64,000 bases of DNA from Candidatus Melainabacteria bacterium 17Bon1m (GTDB taxonomy: Bacteria > Cyanobacteriota > Vampirovibrionia > Obscuribacterales > Obscuribacteraceae). The stretch is taken from assembly GCA_032128875.1 (NCBI GenBank), contig JAVLKG010000004.1:288001-352000 (forward strand). The letters are read 5' to 3'. This document shows, in pieces, positions 49,631-58,411 of the stretch (position 1 is the stretch's first letter; each line of letters begins with the position of its first letter). The position numbers and the translations under genes were made by a program. The notes under the pieces are model-generated. The model was given only the letters and a program-made list of their open reading frames with translations. It did not search any database and was not told the origin of the DNA.

Positions 49631-51007
49631 CTAATGCGGCCGGGATGGTGGCGCTGAGAGAATCAAGTCATTACCTTTCCAGTGCGTTTTCATTACCGGA
49701 CTTTGCAATTCACCACGATCTTTTAAAACTTCCGAAACTACCGAGTTCTTCATCTGCGCGAAGGCATCTCCTAAAGTGATGTTGCCACCCTTGCTGCGCA
49801 GGGCTTGAATGAGATTGTGTGTAAAAACACCATTCTCATACCGCTTCGATTCCCATGATACCTGACTTGGCTCGCTTGAGCAGATCACCAATTGACCGGT
49901 ACCGAGCAGCAAAGAATTGCTGTCGAAGTTGCCAATTCTCGTGAGTCCTTTAGCAGGATTGGCGGCACCACTATGGCAGGCGTCGACGATGAGTACAACT
50001 CGATTAGAATGAACTCGTTGTTTGACTGCAGCGGCAAGATCTTGCAGAGGTAGACCTGTCGCATAGAGACTGCCTGGATCCGTATCGTGCATCACCAAAT
50101 AATTCAGACCTTCAAGATCGCTGCTTGATGGACTACCGTGTGTCGATATAAAGATCAAAACCAGGTCATTCGGTTGCGCATTATGAGGCAACCATTTATC
50201 ACCGATTTGCGCCATGACGTTCGATTTTGTAGCTTGATCGTCAACGAGAAGCTTTACGTGATCGGGCGCAAAATTCGCTTCTTTGACTAGAAAGTCTCGT
50301 AAATCTGCAGCATCCTTTGCCGGATACTTCAAATTGATTTCCGGTTTTTGAAATTTGCTGATTCCAATAACAAGTGCCCATTTATCATCAATGGGCTTAT
50401 TCAGAGCGTCGTCTGACGACACAGGTTTATCCGGAATGGATATTGTTGTCGTGGTCGATGTTCTTTCAATTACCCTTGGTGTGCTCTTCTCTTCAGGTTG
50501 CGCCGCCACTTTAATCGTCGTAGTTTCTTGCCGACTTGGTGGTTTTCTTTCCGCGGTATTTTCAGCCAACATCGAATTGTTCTGACCGAAGCCGGTGCCA
50601 TCGAGGAGCACCTTGTATTTCAATCGCACGCCAACGTCCACGCCAAACATGAGCTGCATGGTAAGTGTTTGTCTTGAATTCAAGTGCACGGCAGCCGCTT
50701 TCATCGAGTCGTCGCTACCAGCCGACCATGAAAGATTGGTGAGCTCTTTTCCGGCACTGTCGCGCAAAACAACACGCATTACCGTTGAATAAAAGTCTGT
50801 TGCTCCGCCCACTTTTACAGTGACATCGCCAGGACCCGCAACAAATGAATAGTAGTGACTTTGTCCTTTAGGCTCTTCGCTACCGCTGACTTCTTTACTG
50901 GACAATGCAACCGGATTTGATGCATCTCCGATCGCAAGCACAGCGGTGCCTGTGCCTAAGGACAAGCAGAGCGAAACGAGAATGCCTAGAAGGTTGAGTC
51001 TTTTCAT
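49631..51007 (-). CDS. Secreted caspase-family (peptidase C14) protein
   Basis: KWALVIGIS, LKYP.KDA, catalytic His in STHGS and Cys in DACHSG; signal peptide and N-terminal beta domain. Confidence 0.9.
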   Translation of the reverse strand: MKRLNLLGILVSLCLSLGTGTAVLAIGDASNPVALSSKEVSGSEEPKGQSHYYSFVAGPGDVTVKVGGATDFYSTVMRVVLRDSAGKELTNLSWSAGSDDSMKAAAVHLNSRQTLTMQLMFGVDVGVRLKYKVLLDGTGFGQNNSMLAENTAERKPPSRQETTTIKVAAQPEEKSTPRVIERTSTTTTISIPDKPVSSDDALNKPIDDKWALVIGISKFQKPEINLKYPAKDAADLRDFLVKEANFAPDHVKLLVDDQATKSNVMAQIGDKWLPHNAQPNDLVLIFISTHGSPSSSDLEGLNYLVMHDTDPGSLYATGLPLQDLAAAVKQRVHSNRVVLIVDACHSGAANPAKGLTRIGNFDSNSLLLGTGQLVICSSEPSQVSWESKRYENGVFTHNLIQALRSKGGNITLGDAFAQMKNSVVSEVLKDRGELQSPVMKTHWKGNDLILSAPPSRPH

Positions 51008-51160
51008 GAAATGAGAAATTGCTTTGTTGTCATATTCTAGTCGATCATGAAGTCTTTCGCACCGGGCGCCCTTTCACGCCAACAGACGCCTGATAAAGAC
51101 CCTTTCATTCCAGTGATAAAATCATGCCTTACTGAGAGCTAACTTCTTCAGGAGAGAGCA

Positions 51161-52105
51161 ATGCACTGCATTGGCGTAGACATCGGCGGCACGAAGATTG
51201 CAGGCGGAATAGTCACTGACGCGGGAGAAGTTCTGGTGCGCGAGGAGCGACCGACTCCTATTAAGGAAGGCGGACAGCAAATACTGTCCGCTGCCATTGA
51301 TGTCGCTAGAGCGCTCCAGAGTCAAAGTAAAGATGCGCTTGAAGCGGTTGGAGTGGGAGCTGGTGGACAGATCGACGCTGTTCAGGGTTCAGTCTTTTCG
51401 GCAACTGATGTTATTCCAGGTTGGAAAGGCATGCAAATTGCCGAAGAGTTCAATAGAGCCTTAGGTATTCCAGCCTCTGTCGAAAACGATGTCAATGTTC
51501 TTGCCTTGGGCGAAACCAGATTTGGCGCTGCGCGAAACTGTGCAAACGGGACGGTCGTTTTCCTGGCTTTAGGAACTGGTGTGGGCGGTGCCCTCTTGAC
51601 GAAAGGCAGCATTCATCACGGTGCGCATTGGAGCGGAGGAGAGTTCGGGCATATATTGCTCACTATGGATCCCAACGCCCGCCGCGACACGGGCGGCGCT
51701 CGAGGTACTTTGGAAGCATTTTGCAGCGGTCCTGGACTGGTAGAAACCTGGCGAGAGCTTACAGGAAGTAAATCGCTCGATGTTACAGGGCATGATGTTG
51801 TCAAAGATGCGCGTCAGAACGCAGAAGGGATGGGGCGTAAAGCGATCGATAAAACCGGGGAATATTTGGGATACGGCTTGGTAAGCTTGGCGAACGCACT
51901 TGATCCTGACCTGATTATCATTGGCGGAGGGCTGTCTGAGCTTGGTGACTGGCTTTTGGAACCAGCAAGAAAGGTGCTGAAAGAACATGCTTTGCCGGGA
52001 CCAGCTACCTGTAAGGTTGTTCGCGCACAGCTTGGGCTGAACGCTGCAATAGTCGGAGCCGCCAGCCTGGTATTGCCTGGAAAAGGCGGGGCGCTTGCCT
52101 GCTAG
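51161..52105 (+). CDS. ROK family sugar kinase (glucokinase-like)
   Basis: GVDIGGTK, ENDVN, LGTGVGG, GEFGH, IIGGG. Confidence 0.92.
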   Translation: MHCIGVDIGGTKIAGGIVTDAGEVLVREERPTPIKEGGQQILSAAIDVARALQSQSKDALEAVGVGAGGQIDAVQGSVFSATDVIPGWKGMQIAEEFNRALGIPASVENDVNVLALGETRFGAARNCANGTVVFLALGTGVGGALLTKGSIHHGAHWSGGEFGHILLTMDPNARRDTGGARGTLEAFCSGPGLVETWRELTGSKSLDVTGHDVVKDARQNAEGMGRKAIDKTGEYLGYGLVSLANALDPDLIIIGGGLSELGDWLLEPARKVLKEHALPGPATCKVVRAQLGLNAAIVGAASLVLPGKGGALAC

Positions 52106-52233
52106 AAATCGACTGGCTTGAGTCTGTAAGGTCTCACTGGCTGGTCCTTTGCTGCCCAGGGCAGGGGTGTGACCTTCAGGGGGTATAAGAAAAAAGGATG
52201 TATCTGCCTCTGCATTTTCACTGTGAGTAAAAA

Positions 52234-52884
52234 ATGCCTAGCTACGACCTCTCTAACGCAACTTTCGAACAATTTATAGACTACCTTTTCGATCATCCAG
52301 TCCTCGCTAGCGAAGAAGAAGAGTACTGGTATTGGTCCGATGACTTAGACGTAATCTATGAGCCGATCAAACTGGTTGACTATTACACGAAGCTTTTTAG
52401 CAAGCCGCAAATACTGATTGATCGATACTCCGACGAACAGTTGGAGCAGGGACTTCTTGCTATGCGTTCATGCTTGATGCCTGGAGCGATTTCTGAAGTT
52501 CTTTGGGAGGAAGAGATACCCTCAGATGTTCGCGAAGAATGCATTCGTTCAATGTATTTCCTTTATCGAGATTTGTTCTCGGTAAAGCCGCTCCATACTG
52601 CATGCTTCATGTGGTGGGACTCGTTTACGGATGAATACTCGATAACCCATGTTCATTCAGAAGCTGCTGAAGGACCGAGTATTCAAAACGTGATGTTCGA
52701 AACTTTATGCCAAACATTGAAGTTGGATACAGAAATTTGTCAGCATGGTGCATTGCACGGATTGGGACATTTGCGGCATCCTGGTACTGAAGCGGTAATA
52801 CGCTCATGGATGGCGTCAAAGCCAGATCTAGATCAGCAAAGCACAGAGTTTGCAGAAGAGTGCATAGTTGGAAACATGGTCTGA
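52234..52884 (+). CDS. Hypothetical helical protein
   Basis: 216-aa acidic ORF with CFMWWD and ALHGLGH motifs. Confidence 0.75.
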   Translation: MPSYDLSNATFEQFIDYLFDHPVLASEEEEYWYWSDDLDVIYEPIKLVDYYTKLFSKPQILIDRYSDEQLEQGLLAMRSCLMPGAISEVLWEEEIPSDVREECIRSMYFLYRDLFSVKPLHTACFMWWDSFTDEYSITHVHSEAAEGPSIQNVMFETLCQTLKLDTEICQHGALHGLGHLRHPGTEAVIRSWMASKPDLDQQSTEFAEECIVGNMV

Positions 52885-52885
52885 C

Positions 52886-53167
52886 TCAAGCCGCGCACTT
52901 TTCAGAGCACACGAGTTTTGAATCTATCGGCACCAATGTAATTAATCGCTCGCGAGAGTTGATTTGTCTTATGCATTTTGATACTGACGCAGCACCGGCT
53001 GCGTACCAAATTGCTGCATCAAGCGAATCAAATTGAATCATAATTTCGTCGTGAATGACGGTCCATTTTTTGTGGACAGAATCTTGTATGTTCATAACCC
53101 TTTCCATTTGCAAAGTTTCCTTGTTTCCACGCCTGATGCGAAGGCGTTGGACTGTTTCAAAAATCAC
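52886..53167 (-). CDS. Small hypothetical protein
   Basis: GTG start overlaps the TGA of the upstream 40-aa ORF (GTGA); a later ATG start is possible. Confidence 0.5.
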   Translation of the reverse strand: MIFETVQRLRIRRGNKETLQMERVMNIQDSVHKKWTVIHDEIMIQFDSLDAAIWYAAGAASVSKCIRQINSRERLITLVPIDSKLVCSEKCAA

Positions 53168-53286
53168 GCGGGAATCATTGATTCATAGTCTTTTGATTCT
53201 TCGGAGAATTTGTCATCTCGGGTTGTCGATTCGACTTCGGATGCCGAGCCGTTGTTGTTCTCTTCGCGCGTGTCTTTCTCGTCCAT
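53164..53286 (-). CDS. 40-aa acidic small protein (not in ORF track)
   Basis: MDEKDTREENNNGSASEVESTTRDDKFSEESKDYESMIPA; SD GGAGG; putative ECF promoter directly upstream. Confidence 0.55.
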   Translation of the reverse strand: MDEKDTREENNNGSASEVESTTRDDKFSEESKDYESMIPA

Positions 53287-53311
53287 CACTATACCTCCCA
53301 TGGCACTGAGT

Positions 53312-53338
53312 AGACTAGGCGCCTAGAGTGCCGGTTCC
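53312..53338 (-). promoter_or_regulatory. Putative ECF-sigma promoter GGAAC-N18-GTCT
   Basis: 25 nt upstream of the 40-aa ORF. Confidence 0.5.
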
Positions 53339-53367
53339 TATTTGCCCTAATTGGGCGCCAAATTTAA

Positions 53368-53393
53368 GGAACCAACCTGAAAGGTTCTAGTCT
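53368..53393 (+). promoter_or_regulatory. Putative ECF-sigma promoter GGAAC-N17-GTCT
   Basis: Upstream of the NRAMP-UdgX operon; back-to-back with the previous site. Confidence 0.55.
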
Positions 53394-53498
53394 GCATGCA
53401 TGTGCAACTTTTCAATGTACGAATAAGCAGTACGAAGTATGAGAAAAGCGCGAATTGATGCGCTTTATGCGGTTTTTCATGGTTTAGGAAATATAGAT

Positions 53499-54827
53499 GT
53501 GACGCACAATCAGTTAGATCGCCCTCGTGTGGAGGCTCCGCGGACGCAGGAAGCCAAGGCTGAAAAAAATCCACTGAAAAGAGCATTCAAAATTATGGGT
53601 CCGGGGCTTATTACCGGTGCTTCCGATGATGATCCTTCCGGAATCGCTACTTACTCAACTGTGGGTGCAGGTTACGGATACAGCTGTCTCTGGATGGCGC
53701 TAGTAACTCTGCCTTTGATGTTCAGCGTTCAGTACATATGTTCAAAGGTAGGGTTGGTTACGGGGCGCGGACTTTCCGGTGTACTTAAGCGGAACTACCA
53801 CCCTGTAGTCTTATGGTCGGCAATTGGAATTTTGACAATTGCCAACGTCATAAACGCTGCTACAGATATCGGAGCCATGGCCGCTGGAGTCAACCTTCTT
53901 GCGCCTGCGATTCCCACAACAGCAGCCGTGATACCTATTTCATTGATACTGTTAGTTTCACTAATTTTTTTCTCTTATAAGCGACTTGCCAGCGTTTTCA
54001 AATGGCTTACTTTGAGTCTTTTCGCTTATGTCATTACAGCTTTTTTCTGCAAAATTGATACTGCGATAGTTCTGAAGGACACTCTGATACCTAACCTGAG
54101 CTGGCACCCCGGCTACATTGCAGCATTGGTGGCTATTTTAGGCACGACAATATCGCCTTATCTCTTTTTCTGGCAAGCTAACAGCGAGGTTGATGAGCTT
54201 AAGGATGCTGGTGCTAAAACAGTTGAAGAACGTAAAGGCGCCAGTAATGCTGATTTAAAGTTTGCTGCGGCTGATATCGCAGTTGGTATGTTTTTCTCCA
54301 ACTGCGTCATGTACTTTATTATTTTGACGACAGGAGCAACGCTCTTCAAGAATCATCAATTTCAAATAGAATCAGCGAGCCAAGCTGCAAAAGCGTTAGA
54401 GCCCTTGCTTGGTAAAGGTGCGGAATTCTTATTTGCTGCCGGGTTTATAGGGACGGGTTTTCTCGCTGTTCCTGTTCTCTTGGGTTCGTCTGCTTATGCA
54501 ATTGCAGAGGCATTGGAGTGGCCTTGCGGATATGGGGAGAAGTGTGTTGATGCCAAAGGTTTCTATTGGCTGATAGGAATCTCCATTGTTGTCTCGGTGA
54601 TCTTGAATTTCTTCAAAGTCAATGCAATGCAGGCTCTCTATTGGACAGCAATTTTAAATGGAATATTGGCGCCACCATTGCTTTTCCTGTTGATGATGAT
54701 CTCTAATAATCCGAAAATCATGGGCAATAGGACGAATTCAACACTCGCAAACTTCGGTGGCTGGACGACCTTTGCATTTATGACAGTGGCCACATTGCTA
54801 TTCTTCTGGACTTCAATCGCTCACTAG
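53499..54827 (+). CDS. NRAMP-family divalent metal transporter (DPSG-type)
   Basis: GPGLITGASDDDPSGIATYS, LGTTISPYLFFWQ, about 11 TM helices; GTG 53499 (or ATG 53439). Confidence 0.9.
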   Translation: MTHNQLDRPRVEAPRTQEAKAEKNPLKRAFKIMGPGLITGASDDDPSGIATYSTVGAGYGYSCLWMALVTLPLMFSVQYICSKVGLVTGRGLSGVLKRNYHPVVLWSAIGILTIANVINAATDIGAMAAGVNLLAPAIPTTAAVIPISLILLVSLIFFSYKRLASVFKWLTLSLFAYVITAFFCKIDTAIVLKDTLIPNLSWHPGYIAALVAILGTTISPYLFFWQANSEVDELKDAGAKTVEERKGASNADLKFAAADIAVGMFFSNCVMYFIILTTGATLFKNHQFQIESASQAAKALEPLLGKGAEFLFAAGFIGTGFLAVPVLLGSSAYAIAEALEWPCGYGEKCVDAKGFYWLIGISIVVSVILNFFKVNAMQALYWTAILNGILAPPLLFLLMMISNNPKIMGNRTNSTLANFGGWTTFAFMTVATLLFFWTSIAH

Positions 54828-54863
54828 GAGTTTGATGGTTCGGCGGTATCATGAGGTGTTCTG

Positions 54864-55505
54864 ATGACTGATCTCGAGCATTCAGCAGAGGAGTATCTGC
54901 CGCCTCGTAAGTCAATTGCATCAATGAAAAAAGCGTCACAGTCCTGCCACGGTTGTGAGCTTTATAAAAACGCAACACAAGCTGTTTTTGGTCGTGGTAA
55001 CAACAAAGCGTCCATCATGTTTGTTGGAGAGCAACCCGGTGATATCGAGGACAAGACGGGTGTTACCTTTTCCGGTCCTTCCGGCAAGTTGCTGATGGAT
55101 TTGCTTGAAGAAGCTGGCATAAACCATAAAGATGTGTACTTCACCAATACCGTGAAACACTTCGGCTTTCAGGAAAGGGGCAAGCGCAGGCTGCATAAAA
55201 AGCCCAGAATCTTGGACATCCGCGCCTGCCGTCCTTGGTTGCAGGCAGAAGTGGAAATCATCAATCCCGAGGTCATTGTTTGTTTAGGTAGCTCGGCCAC
55301 TGTTTCGGTCACAGGAAAACCTTATAAGGTTACTGAAATGCGTGGGAAGTTCATCTCTACCGATTGGGCCCCCCGCGTATTGGTGACTGTGCATCCCGCA
55401 TCCATACTTAGGGCACATGATGAAGATCGAAAGATGCTTCGAAAAATGTTTGTGGACGATTTGCGAAAGGTCGCTAAGTATATGCGTTCCGTCGATTCTC
55501 AATAA
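54864..55505 (+). CDS. udgX: UdgX-type uracil-DNA binding protein (family 4 UDG)
   Basis: C..C Fe-S motif, GEQPG, VKHF, R-loop GKRRLHKKP, ACRPW, TVHPAS. Confidence 0.88.
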   Translation: MTDLEHSAEEYLPPRKSIASMKKASQSCHGCELYKNATQAVFGRGNNKASIMFVGEQPGDIEDKTGVTFSGPSGKLLMDLLEEAGINHKDVYFTNTVKHFGFQERGKRRLHKKPRILDIRACRPWLQAEVEIINPEVIVCLGSSATVSVTGKPYKVTEMRGKFISTDWAPRVLVTVHPASILRAHDEDRKMLRKMFVDDLRKVAKYMRSVDSQ

Positions 55506-55552
55506 CACTCAAGGCAATGCGCAACGTTTTTACCGCAGTTATTCTATTTCGG

Positions 55553-55774
55553 TTAGGCTGCTTCGGCGTTTTTTCTTTTGCTCATCAGCATTTCAACTAT
55601 AGTGCCATCGTCTGCGTGAACCACAACTTCCATGTTTTCAATTTCAGCTGCCTGAAGAGCTGCCATTACTGCTTCAGTACGAGTATCGAATGTTTCATCT
55701 TCATTGCGCTCAGGAGGTGGCGTTATTTGCCAACCTTCGGCGGTGGGCACGACATGCAATTCATTGTTTTTCAT
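55553..55774 (-). CDS. DUF2188-like small protein
   Basis: HVVP...GW ... FDT..EA ... VVH..DG.I; ATG 55774 follows GAGG. Confidence 0.8.
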   Translation of the reverse strand: MKNNELHVVPTAEGWQITPPPERNEDETFDTRTEAVMAALQAAEIENMEVVVHADDGTIVEMLMSKRKNAEAA

Positions 55775-55805
55775 CGTCTTGTGTCCTCTGTGTTTCCGGC
55801 TGATA

Positions 55806-55831
55806 GGACAGAGTTTATTCTCAGTTGTTCC
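55806..55831 (-). promoter_or_regulatory. Putative ECF-sigma promoter GGAAC-N17-GTCC
   Basis: 31 nt upstream of the DUF2188-like ATG. Confidence 0.6.
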
Positions 55832-55974
55832 GCACTCTCTCGATTTAGTAGAAGGCTTACAAAACTGCAGTTTCATACAAACGCTATGGATGCGTTGAGC
55901 AATTCATCAAAAGAAAGAAAGCAGAAAGATTCAAAAATCGCTTTAGCTGCCGGATTTTAACGCGTGATGAATAA

Positions 55975-56010
55975 CCCGATAGAGCGCGCCGGAATAGGCA
56001 CTCTATCGGG
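55975..56010. terminator. Stem-loop, probable terminator of the 56322 gene
   Basis: CCCGATAGAG ... CTCTATCGGG 10-bp stem. Confidence 0.5.
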
Positions 56011-56124
56011 GATAAAACTTTACAGAATAATAATCGCGAGGGACAATTCGGCGAATATGTACACAGAAGAATAAAGTCTTTGTACGCATTCGGATACGCG
56101 CTGCCCCTCTAAAGCCGCGTGTAG

Positions 56125-56322
56125 TTATGGTCCTGCGCCAGGACGCTGTTCAGTCATTTTTTCCAATGCTGCTTCTTTTGATTCTTTTGAGCGATCAATT
56201 GAACGATCCAAAGAACGATCTTCAGGATTAGACTTCTTGCTATTTCTGGTTGGTCTGCTGTCAGCCTTTTCCCTTGCGCGGCGCGCGTTTTCGGCTCCAT
56301 CAGACGATCTCTCTTGTGCCAT
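56125..56322 (-). CDS. Small hydrophilic (hydrophilin-like) protein
   Basis: 65 aa, charged and disordered; SD GGAGGTG 6 nt before ATG 56322. Confidence 0.7.
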   Translation of the reverse strand: MAQERSSDGAENARRAREKADSRPTRNSKKSNPEDRSLDRSIDRSKESKEAALEKMTEQRPGAGP

Positions 56323-56347
56323 TTTAAACACCTCCGTTTTTTTTGAA

Positions 56348-56373
56348 GGACAATAAACAGTTCGGATTGTTCC
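56348..56373 (-). promoter_or_regulatory. Putative ECF-sigma promoter GGAAC-N17-GTCC
   Basis: 25 nt upstream of ATG 56322. Confidence 0.6.
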
Positions 56374-56571
56374 TAATTTCCGATTCTGGAAACCCTCTCA
56401 CAGTCAGCTTCTCCGATCTGTTCGATAGCGAACAAGGCGCATTTCCAATAATGGTATTCTTGAGTTGCCTAACGTGAAAAAAAACGATGTACACTGAATG
56501 GTGTTCGAGCCCGAACTGTTGTTGAAGAACGCAGTGGGCAATTTAAGCATTGCTGCTCCTTACTGAAAACT

Positions 56572-57300
56572 ATGATGAATAGCCAGTTATCTATGATTGA
56601 TACTCAAAGCCAAACACAAATACGCAACACACTTCTCGAAAAACTTTCCGTTGAAGAGCGGAATTCTTTGTTTCCAGGCATGGAGTTGACGGAATTCTCG
56701 ACCAAGGAGACTATATATTCTCCGCGTCAGTCTCTTGCTCACGCTTACTTTCCCGAAACCTGTGTCATGTCGCTAATCACTGTGCTGGAAGACGGCTCGG
56801 AGATTGAAGCAGCGACCATCGGTAATGAAGGGATGATAGGCATTCCTCTTCTGCTTGCCGGCGATCAAATGCCGTCTAAGGTCGTTTGTCAAATTGGTGG
56901 TAGCGCCTGGCGCATTCCTGCTGATGAATTGATAAAAGCTGTGGAAACGGACCCGACTCTTTTTCTCAATCTTCGCCGATATGCACAAGCGCTTTTTGAC
57001 CTTCTGGCACAAAGTACCGCTTGCAATAGACTGCATACAATAGAGCAGCGATGCGCTCGTTGGTTGCTTTCTACGCATGACAGAATTGAAGGAGATACCT
57101 TCTTTCTCACGCACGAGTTTCTAGCAACCATGTTAGGAGTTCGACGACCTGGTGTTAGTCTGGTCGCGAAGTCACTTCAAGATTCGGGCTTCGTTAGCTA
57201 TAAGCATGGCAAAATGACTATCCGCGATCGCAACGGACTGGAAGGCATTAGTTGTGAATGTTATGCTGCTGTTCGTGAATCATATGGAAAGCTGAATTAG
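56572..57300 (+). CDS. Crp/Fnr family transcriptional regulator
   Basis: IGNEG.IG cNMP-binding domain; QSTACNRLH..EQR.ARWLL; HTH LTHEFLA.MLGVRRPGVS; CECY. Confidence 0.93.
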   Translation: MMNSQLSMIDTQSQTQIRNTLLEKLSVEERNSLFPGMELTEFSTKETIYSPRQSLAHAYFPETCVMSLITVLEDGSEIEAATIGNEGMIGIPLLLAGDQMPSKVVCQIGGSAWRIPADELIKAVETDPTLFLNLRRYAQALFDLLAQSTACNRLHTIEQRCARWLLSTHDRIEGDTFFLTHEFLATMLGVRRPGVSLVAKSLQDSGFVSYKHGKMTIRDRNGLEGISCECYAAVRESYGKLN

Positions 57301-57323
57301 CATTCAGACTATCTGCAAAAGCA

Positions 57324-57353
57324 AAAGATGACGTTGGATAAAGCGTCATCTTT
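57324..57353. terminator. Bidirectional terminator
   Basis: AAAGATGACG ... CGTCATCTTT between convergent genes. Confidence 0.7.
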
Positions 57354-57405
57354 AACTTTGACATTGTTTTGTACTGTGTCTTTTTCAAGACCTATAGAAG
57401 TTCTG

Positions 57406-57744
57406 CTATACCGTCATAGCTAGATGATTTGCTTCGGCGGCTCTAGCTTGTCTTGTTGTTTCTAATTCGGCTCTATAAACTCGATAGCAAGTATTGCAAT
57501 AGGTTGGTTTATATCCGAGAGGTTTGAACGGCAGCATAAAGGATGACTCGCATTTCGCGCAAACAGCCGAAGTTAGAGTTTCAAGGCTACGGCCTGATCT
57601 GCGTAAACGAGTAACAACGCGACAATTTGAGCAGCGCTTTGGTTCGTTGGTTAGTCCCTTGTTGTGGAAAAACTCTTGTTCTCCGGCGGTGAAAACAAAG
57701 TCTCCTGCGCAGTCGCAGCATCGTAAAACTCTTTCTGTAAACAT
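57406..57744 (-). CDS. Zinc-ribbon protein with CxxC-x17-CxxC domain
   Basis: C.DC...FVFTAGEQEFF..KG..NEPKRC..CR followed by C..C.....PF.P....P.YC..C; SD AAGGAG. Confidence 0.92.
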   Translation of the reverse strand: MFTERVLRCCDCAGDFVFTAGEQEFFHNKGLTNEPKRCSNCRVVTRLRRSGRSLETLTSAVCAKCESSFMLPFKPLGYKPTYCNTCYRVYRAELETTRQARAAEANHLAMTV

Positions 57745-58201
57745 AGACAGTACTCCTTGCCGCACCGTATGCGCGTTAATATCCGGTACAGCCTATAGTC
57801 TATAACCGATATTCCTTTTGAGAAGTCCATGCTACCGCCTAACTTTATGTGGAAAACCCCGATGAAAACTGGAAGTCGTGACGAAAATTCGTAACGCTCA
57901 AATGGTATGTTGAGTGATACAAAGTGGTTTTGTTTTTAATTGTGTTGCCGTAAAGCCTTATCAATACTGCATCTTGATTGCGCTAAATAGGTACCGCGTA
58001 TTTAAGCGAGCGGTACTCACGCGGTAGCTGAGAATTTCGCCGATTGTCGAAAATCGCGGAGAAGTCTGAATGACGCAACAATTTCGGTCGTCATGGGATA
58101 TTTTGATGGCGTAGAGCGTCTATTCATCAGATTCTTGGCGATTTGCAGATGCTTTTATCTGTTCGTGACAAGACACTGGGGCGTCTATAGGACCGAAGAA
58201 A

Positions 58202-58354
58202 ATGAAACAAGTGACAATGAAAAACCCAGCAGCTGTGCCAATGTTTTTGCTAGCCATTGCAATGGGTGCTTTGCTTTTCCTGTTAGAAGTATGGCCGGGA
58301 TTGCCAAGTTCGACAATTGAAACTAAAACCCATGGAACGCTAAATGCCAAGTAA
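58202..58354 (+). CDS. 50-aa single-TM small protein (not in ORF track)
   Basis: MKQVTMKNPAAVPMFLLAIAMGALLFLLEVWPGLPSSTIETKTHGTLNAK; aligns with 60982-61185. Confidence 0.6.
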   Translation: MKQVTMKNPAAVPMFLLAIAMGALLFLLEVWPGLPSSTIETKTHGTLNAK

Positions 58355-58411
58355 ATGGGTTTATCGGCTTGCAGCGCTGTTTTTGTATTTAGATCACTTT
58401 CTCTTCTTGAT

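Noticed and set aside
56495-56560. tRNA T-loop-like GTTCGAG or fluoride-riboswitch-like ATGGTGTTC upstream of the Crp gene
   Set aside because: No cloverleaf or pseudoknot partner sequences.
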